This document shows positions 1-9,041 of a DNA stretch of 59,006 nucleotides, piece by piece. This DNA is from a virus (Duplodnaviria > Caudoviricetes), in IMG/VR virus record IMGVR_UViG_3300032770_001058, positions 1 through 59,006 of that record, one strand, 5' to 3'. Under the pieces are notes generated by a model that ran no database searches, was not told where the DNA came from, and worked only from the letters and a program-made list of their open reading frames with translations. Position 1 is the first letter of the stretch; each line of letters starts with the position of its first letter. The translations under genes and the position numbers were made by a program.

Positions 1-1050
1 CTAATTGGTTTCTTCCGGCAACCAACCTTCTCGTTGAAGCCTTTTCCACGCCATTCTGATTTGCTTTTCTGAAAAGAGCCGCTTGCGATCATTCCAGTTA
101 TAGGTGAGCTTGACAGCTTCATCGGAAGAACGCGCCCCTTCTTGGACTGCGACCCAGTGAACGGTAGCGAGTAACTCCATACCATGGGGTGTTTCGAAGC
201 CGTGTATCAGCCGAGAGACACGGCCGACGCGTTCATGTGTAGTTTCGTGCCCCTGTAGAAACTCATCAGCAAGTTCAGCAGCTTCGGGCAACAACTCAAT
301 TGGACGCCCCGGCTTATCATCAGCGTCGCCATAGCCTTTGATCAGGTAGCCCTCCATTATTGAAAGCACATGACGCAAGTTTTGAGCGTAGGGCCCATAA
401 ACGCCCTTTTGGTATTTGAGCCTCAGCGGTTCTCCGGCAGCCTGCATGAAATACATGAGCTTATGAATCTCAAGCAAAGTAACGAAAGGATCCATCAACA
501 CAGCCAAGTATCGCTGAATGAGCTTTAGGAGAACTGCTCGCCCCGCCGTCATATTCGGTTTTCGAAGGTCCTTCGCCATTATTGAGGGCTCAGGCGCACC
601 GATGGGTTCGTACAGCATCACGCGAACGTTCGGCACCTGGTCGAAGGCGGCCATGATTCGAGGTCTTACGTCATTCCAACGCAAGCCGCCGAGACCCGAA
701 CCTAGCGGCGGAATCGCGATGGACCGTATTCTCCTGTGTCTGACCTCGTCTATCAGAGCAGTTAGCCCAGCATCGATATCCTCGATCCGGCTTTTGCCTT
801 TCCAATGCCGTTTCGTCGGAAAATTTATGACATAACGAGGATTTGTCAGGCGTCCCGTCTCATATACCAGCATTCTCCCTGGGCGCAACTCATGATGTTC
901 GCAAACTCTTTTGTAAAATTTGTAATTATCGGGGAACGCCTTACGGAACTGAAGAGCTACTCCTCTGCCCATTATTCCGACGCAGTTCACAGTGTTCACT
1001 AAGGCCTCTGCGTCTGCATGCAGAATGTCTCCCTGCATTAACTCAACCAT
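1..1050 (-). CDS. darG: DarG antitoxin, macrodomain DNA ADP-ribosyl glycohydrolase
   Basis: Macrodomain motifs GDIL..DAEALVNTVNCVGIMGRGVALQF, INFPTK.HW and SIAIPPLGSGLGGL, then a DarG-type C-terminus (LEIHKLMYF, YGPY, GMELLATVHW). Start taken at MVELMQ (1050). Confidence 0.9.
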   Translation of the reverse strand: MVELMQGDILHADAEALVNTVNCVGIMGRGVALQFRKAFPDNYKFYKRVCEHHELRPGRMLVYETGRLTNPRYVINFPTKRHWKGKSRIEDIDAGLTALIDEVRHRRIRSIAIPPLGSGLGGLRWNDVRPRIMAAFDQVPNVRVMLYEPIGAPEPSIMAKDLRKPNMTAGRAVLLKLIQRYLAVLMDPFVTLLEIHKLMYFMQAAGEPLRLKYQKGVYGPYAQNLRHVLSIMEGYLIKGYGDADDKPGRPIELLPEAAELADEFLQGHETTHERVGRVSRLIHGFETPHGMELLATVHWVAVQEGARSSDEAVKLTYNWNDRKRLFSEKQIRMAWKRLQREGWLPEETN

Positions 1051-1061
1051 GTCCGCGTTCC

Positions 1062-1706
1062 TCAGTAGTACCAACCTGGTTTGATGTCCACATGCGGCCT
1101 GTGTTTCGCCGTGCTCAACAACGTCTTCACTCTGCGGGCGATATCCTGGTCCTTGACACCGATCATCTCAAATAAGTGCCACGGAAACGAGTGTTCAACC
1201 AGGAACTCCGCTTGCTTGCCTTCTTTCACATCGGGATTGCGCCAGTCGTTCGCTGCCACGGAATCCCAATCAACCTTGTCCAACTTCGATGCTCTATCGT
1301 AGAACTCAGCGAAATACGCTCCCGCGTTGCCGGTGCTAAAAGCCCACCGCTTCTTCTTCGTGTTAGCCCACTGAATCACGGCAGCAAGATCAGCTCGTAG
1401 GTGAACGATCGGTTTTTGGCCGCCGGTGTACGTTAGACCAGGGCTGTTACCCATATGCAGGATGTACAGCATCACTGATCGCGGGCAGAAATAGAAGGGT
1501 ACGTACTCTCCCACGCGAGTACCCGGATGACAATCGACTTCGAGTTCTTCCAACCGCCGACGCTTTATTTCAGACATGCCGATTAGGGTGCAGTTCAAAT
1601 TACGTCTGACACGCTCAGCGTCCGACCAGATTTTCCCATCAATGATGTTTGGTAGATTGTCCACGTGGGTGATGTGGTAAATCTTTGGATCACTCGGTAT
1701 CGGCAT
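1062..1706 (-). CDS. darT: DarT toxin, ssDNA ADP-ribosyltransferase (DUF4433)
   Basis: IYHITH..NL, YVPFYFCPRSVMLY, FSTGNA and KQAEFLV (catalytic E); directly upstream of darG. Start taken at MPIPSD (1706). Confidence 0.9.
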   Translation of the reverse strand: MPIPSDPKIYHITHVDNLPNIIDGKIWSDAERVRRNLNCTLIGMSEIKRRRLEELEVDCHPGTRVGEYVPFYFCPRSVMLYILHMGNSPGLTYTGGQKPIVHLRADLAAVIQWANTKKKRWAFSTGNAGAYFAEFYDRASKLDKVDWDSVAANDWRNPDVKEGKQAEFLVEHSFPWHLFEMIGVKDQDIARRVKTLLSTAKHRPHVDIKPGWYY

Positions 1707-1855
1707 GCGGTTGCGGTAAATGGTACCTGAGCGTTCGGACACGACATTGGAGCATATACGACCGGGCTCAGCAACTTTTTTACGAGAGGCGGAAGACATG
1801 CTGCCCGCGCTCTCTTGAGGACCAAAACTCCGAGGAACGCGAGGGAGCGAGGCGC

Positions 1856-1893
1856 AAGAAAAAAGGGCCGCGAAGCATGAATGCTTCGCGGCC
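1856..1893 (-). terminator. Intrinsic terminator at the end of the late/lysis operon
   Basis: Perfect inverted repeat ggccgcgaagcat/atgcttcgcggcc (1866-1893) followed on the minus strand by a T run. Confidence 0.8.
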
Positions 1894-1910
1894 AAAAGGT
1901 TCGAGGGTGG

Positions 1911-1938
1911 GATATCGCGCGGATATCGAGCCGAACTC
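1911..1938. promoter_or_regulatory. 11-bp-phased GATATC-like repeat, site 1
   Basis: GATATC gcgcg GATATC gagcc GAACTC. Confidence 0.55.
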
Positions 1939-1947
1939 AGCCCGGCA

Positions 1948-2169
1948 TCAGGAAGGCTGCTGTCCTCCACTCGGAATCTTGCCCAGCCCGTAGAGAGTGG
2001 TGATGACACCCAGATGGGTCAGTACAGTCGCGTTCTCGACCATGTGACCGGTCAAATGCCAGAACCAGGCGTGCTGCCCCATGTAGAACAGCGCCCAGAG
2101 TCCGGCAAAGACGCGACCGAAAGATACGTCTCCGCTGGTCGAAACCATCTTGTTGAGAAATGATTTCAT
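1948..2169 (-). CDS. Small two-TM membrane protein, holin-like
   Basis: MKSFLNKMVS...SFGRVFAGLWALFY...LGVITTLYGLGK; last gene of the lysis cassette. Confidence 0.5.
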   Translation of the reverse strand: MKSFLNKMVSTSGDVSFGRVFAGLWALFYMGQHAWFWHLTGHMVENATVLTHLGVITTLYGLGKIPSGGQQPS

Positions 2170-2171
2170 GA

Positions 2172-2330
2172 TTAGAGCTTGGCCTCCGCTTCCTTGGCGC
2201 CGTCGCGGACCGTCGCGCGGATCGTGGCCAACTCCGCCTCCGCCCTCGCTTCGATCTTGCGTCCCCAGATGACACCGGCGACCAGAGCGACGATGACGGA
2301 CACGAACCAAAAGCTGAAATAACCGACCAT
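2172..2330 (-). CDS. 52-aa single-TM protein (not in the ORF track)
   Basis: Hand translation MVGYFSFWFVSVIVALVAGVIWGRKIEARAEAELATIRATVRDGAKEAEAKL with a GGAGG RBS; packed tightly between its neighbours. Confidence 0.6.
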   Translation of the reverse strand: MVGYFSFWFVSVIVALVAGVIWGRKIEARAEAELATIRATVRDGAKEAEAKL

Positions 2331-2342
2331 GCTTTCCTCCTT

Positions 2343-2960
2343 TCAGTGTTTGGCGATGGCGTAGCCGATCGCCGCGCCTATGGCGACGTGTTCGGCTACC
2401 TTCACCGCGCGCTTGATAGATGAGCCGCCCTTGGCGGCCTTCTTCCATGTCGCGGCTTCCTGCTTATAGGAGTCACGCTGCGTGGTGAGCTCCGCGGCTT
2501 GGGATTTCATGTCGACAACATCGTGCTGGCACACGTCGAGCTGGCCCGCGCTCTGCTCGCAGGTCGCCAGCTTCTTGTACAGCGGCACGACGTCTTCAGA
2601 CGGAATGGTGTAGCTGACTGCGCCAGTCTTCGGATCGGTCGCGGTCTGGACGGGCGCAGGCAGGTTCTTCGCGGCCATGTCGAGGATCAACGGCTGCGCC
2701 TGCGCGGGCGTGCGGATCGATGCAAGTTGTGCCGTAAAGACCTGCTGCTGTCGCTCCATGGCCGCATCGCGCTTGGCGATAGCATCACCGGCAGCGTCGA
2801 TGGTCTTCTGCGCGTTGGCAACGGTCTTCTGCAGTACGTCGGTCGTGGCCTGTGCCGCCGCGTTCCGCATCTCCGAGTTGTGCCACTCAAAGAGCAGGAC
2901 CATGAGAAACACGGCGAGGACGGCGCCGGCGATGATTTCAATTCGGGTGCGGGTATTCAT
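2343..2960 (-). CDS. Inner-membrane spanin-like protein (N-terminal TM plus coiled coil)
   Basis: N-terminal hydrophobic helix, Ala/Gln-rich coiled coil, two Cys; downstream of the endolysin. Confidence 0.45.
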   Translation of the reverse strand: MNTRTRIEIIAGAVLAVFLMVLLFEWHNSEMRNAAAQATTDVLQKTVANAQKTIDAAGDAIAKRDAAMERQQQVFTAQLASIRTPAQAQPLILDMAAKNLPAPVQTATDPKTGAVSYTIPSEDVVPLYKKLATCEQSAGQLDVCQHDVVDMKSQAAELTTQRDSYKQEAATWKKAAKGGSSIKRAVKVAEHVAIGAAIGYAIAKH

Positions 2961-3005
2961 AGTTTCACGCGGTGCGGGCGGCTCCGGGAGTCGCCCGCCG
3001 GAAGG

Positions 3006-3404
3006 TTAGGAGAGCTGCTGGTCGAGCGAAGTGGGAACGGTGTCGGGGTTGAACTGGATCGTCTTCGAGTTGGACAGGTTGTAGGCCGTGTCCTTCACCG
3101 TCAGAGTGACAGTACCCGCCGTGAGGCCCACAATGTCGGCCGAGCCGTCTTCGTTCTGGGTGAGCTGGCCGACTTCGGGATCGTCGACCGAATACTGGAC
3201 GTTTGCCGGGACGATGGGAACATTGCCGCCTTCGGCGTTCTTCTCGACCGGCACGGAATGAACTGTGGAACCAACATTCTTGATGATGTCAGCCATTGCG
3301 CTTTGTGCTCCTTGGATCAGTTGAAGTAGGACTACAGGCCGCACGCCGTGCTTCGAGCGCAGCTTGCGGAGGAAGAAGTGAAACCAGGCAAAGAACCACC
3401 ACAT
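3006..3404 (-). CDS. Ig-like (Big-2-type) domain protein; alternative start at 3296
   Basis: VQYSVDDPEVGQL...GLTAGTVTLTV pattern; second in-frame ATG with an AAGGAG RBS. Confidence 0.45.
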   Translation of the reverse strand: MWWFFAWFHFFLRKLRSKHGVRPVVLLQLIQGAQSAMADIIKNVGSTVHSVPVEKNAEGGNVPIVPANVQYSVDDPEVGQLTQNEDGSADIVGLTAGTVTLTVKDTAYNLSNSKTIQFNPDTVPTSLDQQLS

Positions 3405-3438
3405 CGCGTCCTCTCTGTGTCGCGTTTTCGGGAATAGT

Positions 3439-3921
3439 TCAGGCAGCGGCCCGGGCGAGCCAGCCGTTCAGGAATTTCGCATTGGCGGGATTAGCCGCGA
3501 CGACTTCGCGGTAGTGCGCGGCCGCACCTTGCCGCAGGCCTTCCATCAGACTGAGGGGCAGGCGCGCATTCACCGCAGCTTCCGTCGCCGGTCCCCATTT
3601 GCCATCGACGGCGACGCCGAGAGCGCGCTGGCAGAGTTTGATCGACGTGACCAGGCCCATGTTGACGGCCATATCGAACAGCTTCCAGGCGATATCCTGG
3701 TCCTGGACGCCATCGAACGACCAGTAGCTTTTCAGCACATGCGCTGCGAGCTCCAGGGCGCGCTCGCGCGAGCAGGTAAGCATTTCGGGAAATACTTCGG
3801 GATGGTATTTCGCGGCCACACCAAAGCGCGTCGCACCGCCCGCATCAAAGGTGATCTTGCCGGAGAGAGTCGCGTCTTCGAAGCGCAGCGTGCGCGCTAC
3901 GGCCGATTGCAGATTGGACAT
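3439..3921 (-). CDS. Endolysin, glycoside hydrolase family 108 with peptidoglycan-binding domain
   Basis: FE...DAGGATRFGV, LFDMAVNMG, VDGKWGPAT, KFLNGWLAR. Confidence 0.85.
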   Translation of the reverse strand: MSNLQSAVARTLRFEDATLSGKITFDAGGATRFGVAAKYHPEVFPEMLTCSRERALELAAHVLKSYWSFDGVQDQDIAWKLFDMAVNMGLVTSIKLCQRALGVAVDGKWGPATEAAVNARLPLSLMEGLRQGAAAHYREVVAANPANAKFLNGWLARAAA

Positions 3922-3955
3922 TGGAGTTCCTTAATCCGGCGGAAGGGGATTCAAC

Positions 3956-4402
3956 TCAGGGATGGTGATGGATGGCCAGATCGAGCAGCTTCCACACGAA
4001 GCCGCCGAGTCCGCAGGCGCTGCCGATCGCCATGACCGCGCCTTTGGCCCGTTCGCGTACCGTCATGGTGTCGCGCGCGTCCGTCTTGAGCTGAGAGATC
4101 GAAGTCAGGATCTCCGAGCGGCACTGCTCGCGCGAGTAGCGGCATTCCTCGCGCGGGGTGAGCGCGCGCAGGTCCTCGCCCAGCTTGCGCAACTGCGCGC
4201 CGAGGGACGGTGATCCGTTGCCGCCCAGCACGACGAGCGCCATGGCTTCCGAGCGCGCATTCAGGCGGCTCAACTCGGCGCGGATCGGCGCCAACTGCTC
4301 GTCGGCGAGCCGGCGCAGTGTCAGCTCGCTGGTGAGTTCGGCCGTGTGCTCGGCCATTTTCTGCACGATCGAGATATCAGGTTGGGTGGATTGCATAGAC
4401 AT
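3956..4402 (-). CDS. Coiled-coil protein with C-terminal TM helix (holin-like position)
   Basis: Heptad pattern then a hydrophobic C-terminus; immediately upstream of the endolysin. Confidence 0.45.
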   Translation of the reverse strand: MSMQSTQPDISIVQKMAEHTAELTSELTLRRLADEQLAPIRAELSRLNARSEAMALVVLGGNGSPSLGAQLRKLGEDLRALTPREECRYSREQCRSEILTSISQLKTDARDTMTVRERAKGAVMAIGSACGLGGFVWKLLDLAIHHHP

Positions 4403-4432
4403 GGTGGCGACCAGGTTCGTGAGATTTCGGCT

Positions 4433-6550
4433 TTAGCCGAGAATGTCAGGCGAGTCCAGCGGCAGCTCCTCCGAGGAACTCCAGGCATAGACCGAGGGAT
4501 CGGTTTCCTGCAGGTCGAGCTCGCAGTAAATCACGGGCGCTTTGGCTTCGTTGTTTTGCTCTTCGCTTTCGCCCAGGTCTAACTCGCTGGTGGGCTCGTA
4601 ATCGACCTTGATGCGAAAGTTCGAGATCTCTATCAGCTTGCCGTGGAACTGCATCGAAGGATGGGTCCAGGAGACGACGTCGAGGGCCTGCGCGCGCAGC
4701 GTCGAAAGCTTGCACTTCAAAGTGCCCGTTCCTTGCTGGCGATTGCGCGTCAGGTAGATTTTCGCGATGCGCTGTGCGGTCGCGCCGGAGATGGTGAAGG
4801 GCAGCCGCAGTTCCTGCCACAGCGTTTCCGACCCATCGGCCAGATAGTTCTGATCCTGCTCATAGCCGTGAATGGGGTCCTGTGAGAACGGCGGGAAATC
4901 GGCCTGCTGCCATTGCGCATCGAAAACGTTGCGCGTGCGCAGATTCAGCGGGAGTCCGGGCCCATCGTGGATGTACGGGAAGGTAGGCGCGATGAAGGTG
5001 CCGCGAACAGCGTTCACCAGGTCGCGGAACTTGCGCGTCGGGACCCATTTGACCGTCCCTAGCAGGTCATCATCGGTGATCGCGATGCCGACGCCGTACC
5101 AGGCGGCGGGATAAATCTTCCAGACGCCGCCAATATACACGATCCGGCCGGCAGCGGCGGTCATCATGTTGGTCAGCACGTCGCCGGGCGTAGTGTCGGT
5201 CTGGAACGTGCCGTTCATGGTGTAGCGCGGCTCGGCGAGATTCGAGTTCGACAAGCCCTTGCATTCCCATTCGACCGCGTACTGCCCGCCCGGTCCGGGA
5301 CCATCCCACACTGTCGCACTGACCCGCTCCGGAAAATTCGGCGGATTGTTGGCGCTCACTCCGGGGCGAACGCACATGTAGGCGTAGCCGTTGCCAGGAG
5401 CGATCACCTGCCCGTAGCTGTACGGCGCATCAGCTTCCCATCCATTTAAATTCGAGTAGCGGACCGGCACCAGCTCATCGCAAATGTTCGCCGCGGCGAT
5501 GAGCTGCTCTTCGTCAATCTCGGTGTCATAGAGGCAGCCCAGGCCGAATTCTTTGTTGCAGAGATAGTCGGCCACGCACAGCGCCCAATTCTCCGTGTAG
5601 CCGCAGGTATAGGCGCGAACATTGGTGACCGGCTGTGAAGCAGGCGGATCGATGGTGCCGCTGCCGTTGCCATCGACAGTGAGGTGGGCCAACAGGAAGG
5701 TCGGCTCGCCATTCTGCGCGACGCCAGGGCCAGCGCCTTCGATGATGATGTTCGCGCCGTTCAGCCGCGGCGGGAATTGCACCCCGGTGACGGCGTTGAG
5801 CGCGTCCTGATTGATGGTGACGATGCCGCGGACGTCCACGCGCGGATCGTAGATGTCGTCTTTGCCGACGATATCGACGCGAATGCCCGGAATGCCGTTG
5901 GAGAAGCGGTTCTGATCCCAAGTCAGGCTGATGTAGCTGTAGCCGCGCCCATCGAGGGTGCAGCTCGGTTTCCAGTTCGGGTCCTGCTGGTTCTGCAGCG
6001 GATAGCAGGCGACCTGTCCGGGCGCGCCCTGGCGCGTCTCCCAATGCACAAACGAGCGACCATCGCCCAAGGGAAATTGGGCATTGTCGAAAGAATATTC
6101 GTTGCCCGACGCATCGGTCAGTTTGCCGCCGCGCGAATCGCCGTGAATGTCGGTCAGCACTTCCTTGCCGTCGAGATACAGCCCTCCAAAGGCCAGGCCA
6201 TTGCGACCGGCATTGCCCACGCGCGCGACGTGATGGCCGGTGTGGGCCACGATCAGGTCGAGCCGCGTGTTCTGCGACGAGGACGTGTTGATGTAGGCGA
6301 TGACACCGCCGACCCGCGAGCGGCCGTAGACCACGTTCCAGGGGCTCGCGGGCTGCTTCACCGCAATGCCGATGGCGGGTGAATACTGCCCCTGCAGCTT
6401 CTGCGCGATGCCTCCCAGCACCATCGAGAAGCCGGTCGAGGCAATCGCACCGTAGAGCGCCATCATGGCGGCGGCCCCCATTGGGCCGCAATAGATCATG
6501 AGCGCGATGCCAGCGACCAGCATCGCGGCGCCTACGATGATTTTTGCCAT
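4433..6550 (-). CDS. Tail tip / central hub protein (lambda gpJ-like)
   Basis: PWNVVYGRSRVGG, GKDDIYDPR, NWALCVADYL, IAAANICDE, RYTMNG, AQRIAKIYL.R.RQ. Confidence 0.8.
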   Translation of the reverse strand: MAKIIVGAAMLVAGIALMIYCGPMGAAAMMALYGAIASTGFSMVLGGIAQKLQGQYSPAIGIAVKQPASPWNVVYGRSRVGGVIAYINTSSSQNTRLDLIVAHTGHHVARVGNAGRNGLAFGGLYLDGKEVLTDIHGDSRGGKLTDASGNEYSFDNAQFPLGDGRSFVHWETRQGAPGQVACYPLQNQQDPNWKPSCTLDGRGYSYISLTWDQNRFSNGIPGIRVDIVGKDDIYDPRVDVRGIVTINQDALNAVTGVQFPPRLNGANIIIEGAGPGVAQNGEPTFLLAHLTVDGNGSGTIDPPASQPVTNVRAYTCGYTENWALCVADYLCNKEFGLGCLYDTEIDEEQLIAAANICDELVPVRYSNLNGWEADAPYSYGQVIAPGNGYAYMCVRPGVSANNPPNFPERVSATVWDGPGPGGQYAVEWECKGLSNSNLAEPRYTMNGTFQTDTTPGDVLTNMMTAAAGRIVYIGGVWKIYPAAWYGVGIAITDDDLLGTVKWVPTRKFRDLVNAVRGTFIAPTFPYIHDGPGLPLNLRTRNVFDAQWQQADFPPFSQDPIHGYEQDQNYLADGSETLWQELRLPFTISGATAQRIAKIYLTRNRQQGTGTLKCKLSTLRAQALDVVSWTHPSMQFHGKLIEISNFRIKVDYEPTSELDLGESEEQNNEAKAPVIYCELDLQETDPSVYAWSSSEELPLDSPDILG

Positions 6551-6563
6551 GTTAGGCGAAGGC

Positions 6564-6580
6564 GGTATCGCGGAGATATC
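6564..6580. promoter_or_regulatory. 11-bp-phased GATATC-like repeat, site 2
   Basis: GGTATC gcgga GATATC, 13 nt upstream of the tail-tip ATG. Confidence 0.5.
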
Positions 6581-6677
6581 CGACGAAGACAGAACGCGCG
6601 ACTGATCTGGCGGCCCTAGGGCTTACCAGTCAGCATCACGCATTGAAAACGGCTGAAGGCTGAGGTGAAATACCAAG

Positions 6678-7553
6678 ATGGCCAGCTCGAAGGCGGTTCC
6701 TGCACGATGTGCCGTAGCCTACCCAAACTTGATCCACTTCATTCAGCAGGGTGAACTTGACCGGCTGTTTGACATGGCGACCTCAGTATTGCTCCAACGA
6801 CGAGACGAGTGTGAGCGATCTGCGAAGCGGGCGTGGGATGAGTACGCGCACCGCCGAGATGAATTGAAAGCGCTCGGCGCGAGACTTGCAGAATTGGACG
6901 CCGGACTGCAAATCGAACCAGCCATTGAGGAAAGCACGTTCGATCCAAAGGAAGCAATGCGGTCTGTCGCTCACTCCGAATGCTCCGTCAAGGATCTTTA
7001 CATTCTTAAATCACTTATGGACGAACTTCGGATATTGGGCGTACACAAAGAAATTGAGATTGAGAGAAGCAACATTTTACGAGCGACTTTCCCCACCATC
7101 GATCCCAACCGGATGCACGCCGTCGCCTATATCGAGAAAGAGATACCATGGCTTCGGCTGGTATTCGGTTATCCTGCTATCGACGAATTACGCCTTATCG
7201 CGAATTGCATTAAACACTCTGGCCGAGTAAGCGGCCGGCTCGCGAAATGCCACCCAACTTGGCACTTCGGAACTGAGCTCAACGATGCCTACACTCGAGA
7301 ACATTGGACGACTGAGAGCGGTCCCGTGTGGGATTTCTCGACACGATTGGGAAGTGCGTACAAGCGACTCGCGCCTTTCGTGGGTGCCTACTTCGCGGAC
7401 CTCAGAGAGAAGTGTACGCGTCTTCGTGCCCTGCCGAACCACGCTTCGCAGTGCCGGTTTCTGTCCACATTCGCGTCAACATTAGCCGAAAACAACGCTG
7501 TGTACTCGAGATTCGTTACGGCGAGAACCACCAAGCCTGGAAATCAGGAGTGA
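6678..7553 (+). CDS. Moron, hypothetical protein with a HEPN-like motif
   Basis: AT-richer and antisense to the tail operon; ELRLIANCIKH resembles the HEPN R/N-x4-H motif. Confidence 0.45.
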   Translation: MASSKAVPARCAVAYPNLIHFIQQGELDRLFDMATSVLLQRRDECERSAKRAWDEYAHRRDELKALGARLAELDAGLQIEPAIEESTFDPKEAMRSVAHSECSVKDLYILKSLMDELRILGVHKEIEIERSNILRATFPTIDPNRMHAVAYIEKEIPWLRLVFGYPAIDELRLIANCIKHSGRVSGRLAKCHPTWHFGTELNDAYTREHWTTESGPVWDFSTRLGSAYKRLAPFVGAYFADLREKCTRLRALPNHASQCRFLSTFASTLAENNAVYSRFVTARTTKPGNQE

Positions 7554-7678
7554 AGTGAAAGTTACTCCGAACTCCTAGCCAATAGAGCTTCCTATCCCTA
7601 AGCGGATCATCGGCAAAACGGAAAATGCGGCTTGGCTAAATTGCCTTGCGGCGCCAAACCCAAGAGATTGATTACAAA

Positions 7679-8224
7679 TTAGCTTTGCGAGGGCGGTTGC
7701 GGGGCCCGGGTCAGCGGGGCGAAGCGAGGCCGTCCGTCGTCGTCTTCGATGTGAGCGCCCGCTGTGAGCGGGCCGATGCGCCACGCGCGGCGCACATGCG
7801 CCAGTCGCAACAGGCGCAGCCCATCCGGACCAGTCACTATGACGTGACGGCCGTTCAGATGCACGATGCCGAGGGCCTGGCGGTTGAGACCGGTGGACGG
7901 CGAGGGATTGTCGAGCAAGACCACATCGCCGCGCTGTGCGTGCAGGGGTTTGATCTCCGGAATGCCGTGCTGGGCGGCGAGCTGTTCGGCCACATGCTCC
8001 AGCGTTGTCGCATCTCGGCAAATCCGCCCCATGGCCGCCAGCGCCGCGTCTTCACTCTCATACTGGCCGCGAAACGCGGCCGCGAGATCGATCCCGGTCA
8101 TCGCCTGGACGTGATTGCACACCGAAAGAGCGCAATCATGCTCGCCCCAGGCAAACGGCTTTGCCTTGTGCGCTTCGATGGAATGGTGAAGCTTGGCTTC
8201 CCACTGTTCGTGCCGGGTCAACAT
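7679..8224 (-). CDS. NlpC/P60-like tail-associated protein (DUF6950-type)
   Basis: FAWGEHDCAL, MTGID...FRGQY, AQRGDVV, AWRI. Confidence 0.75.
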   Translation of the reverse strand: MLTRHEQWEAKLHHSIEAHKAKPFAWGEHDCALSVCNHVQAMTGIDLAAAFRGQYESEDAALAAMGRICRDATTLEHVAEQLAAQHGIPEIKPLHAQRGDVVLLDNPSPSTGLNRQALGIVHLNGRHVIVTGPDGLRLLRLAHVRRAWRIGPLTAGAHIEDDDGRPRFAPLTRAPQPPSQS

Positions 8225-8236
8225 GGCGGCGTCTTC

Positions 8237-8800
8237 CTACTTACTGGTCGTACCCCAGGCGCCGTTCCAGTCCATGGTCCAGGCGATATAAGCCAAGCCG
8301 GTGTCGGCGGGATATTCGAGGCGCTGGTCGCGGTCGGTGAATCGGCGCTCGATGCGGCGCTGCAGGTCGGCGAGCCGGTTTTCGACGGAAATGGAGATGG
8401 TGGAGGTGTCCGTACCTTCGAGGATCGTCGGCTGGTCCATTCGGCCCGCGTAGCAGAGAATCGGCGCGTCCACGATATTGCCGGCGCTGTCAAAGAACGC
8501 CAGCCAGAATTTCACCGGTAGACCCTGCCGTACCTCCCTTAGCGCCTCCGAGAGCAGCCGATTGTCGACGCCGGAAAGCGAAATCGTGAAGGTCTGCGCG
8601 TTGAGCTGCGTATCCTCGGTGATCATCGAGACCTGGCCGAGCGTGCCGAGTCCCAGCCAGTTAAATCCGTTCCAGGCCAGCGGGCCGTAGCCGCTCCACA
8701 CGCGCTCGATGGAACTGAGGAAGTGGAGCTCGGCAAAGAGCGCACAGCGAATCTGGCACGCGACGGTCTGCGCCGCCGCCGCATCGGTCATATTGCGCAT
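8237..8800 (-). CDS. Minor tail / tail-tip assembly protein
   Basis: WSGYGPL.WNG..WLGLG.LG, GRMDQ, ENRL.DL.R....R.TD.DQ...YP.D.G; position between Dit-like and NlpC genes. Confidence 0.7.
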   Translation of the reverse strand: MRNMTDAAAAQTVACQIRCALFAELHFLSSIERVWSGYGPLAWNGFNWLGLGTLGQVSMITEDTQLNAQTFTISLSGVDNRLLSEALREVRQGLPVKFWLAFFDSAGNIVDAPILCYAGRMDQPTILEGTDTSTISISVENRLADLQRRIERRFTDRDQRLEYPADTGLAYIAWTMDWNGAWGTTSK

Positions 8801-9041
8801 GAAAGTCTTGGGCTCGCTGGCGGCGGATCCAGCAGCAGTCGTGCCGACCGCCTAACTACTACGGGACATCGGCAAAGCACAAGCACCGAATGGCAATGAA
8901 CAAGCCTCGATTCTTGCCGCTGTTTTTGGGGGACGTTCACCTTTATACTGTTCTGCCCAGACGAGTGTCACCGGGAAAACAAATCCAACCGCGCGCGAAG
9001 TTCAGTTCGAGCACTGCCTTTGGAAAGGCTGAAAGTGGCAA

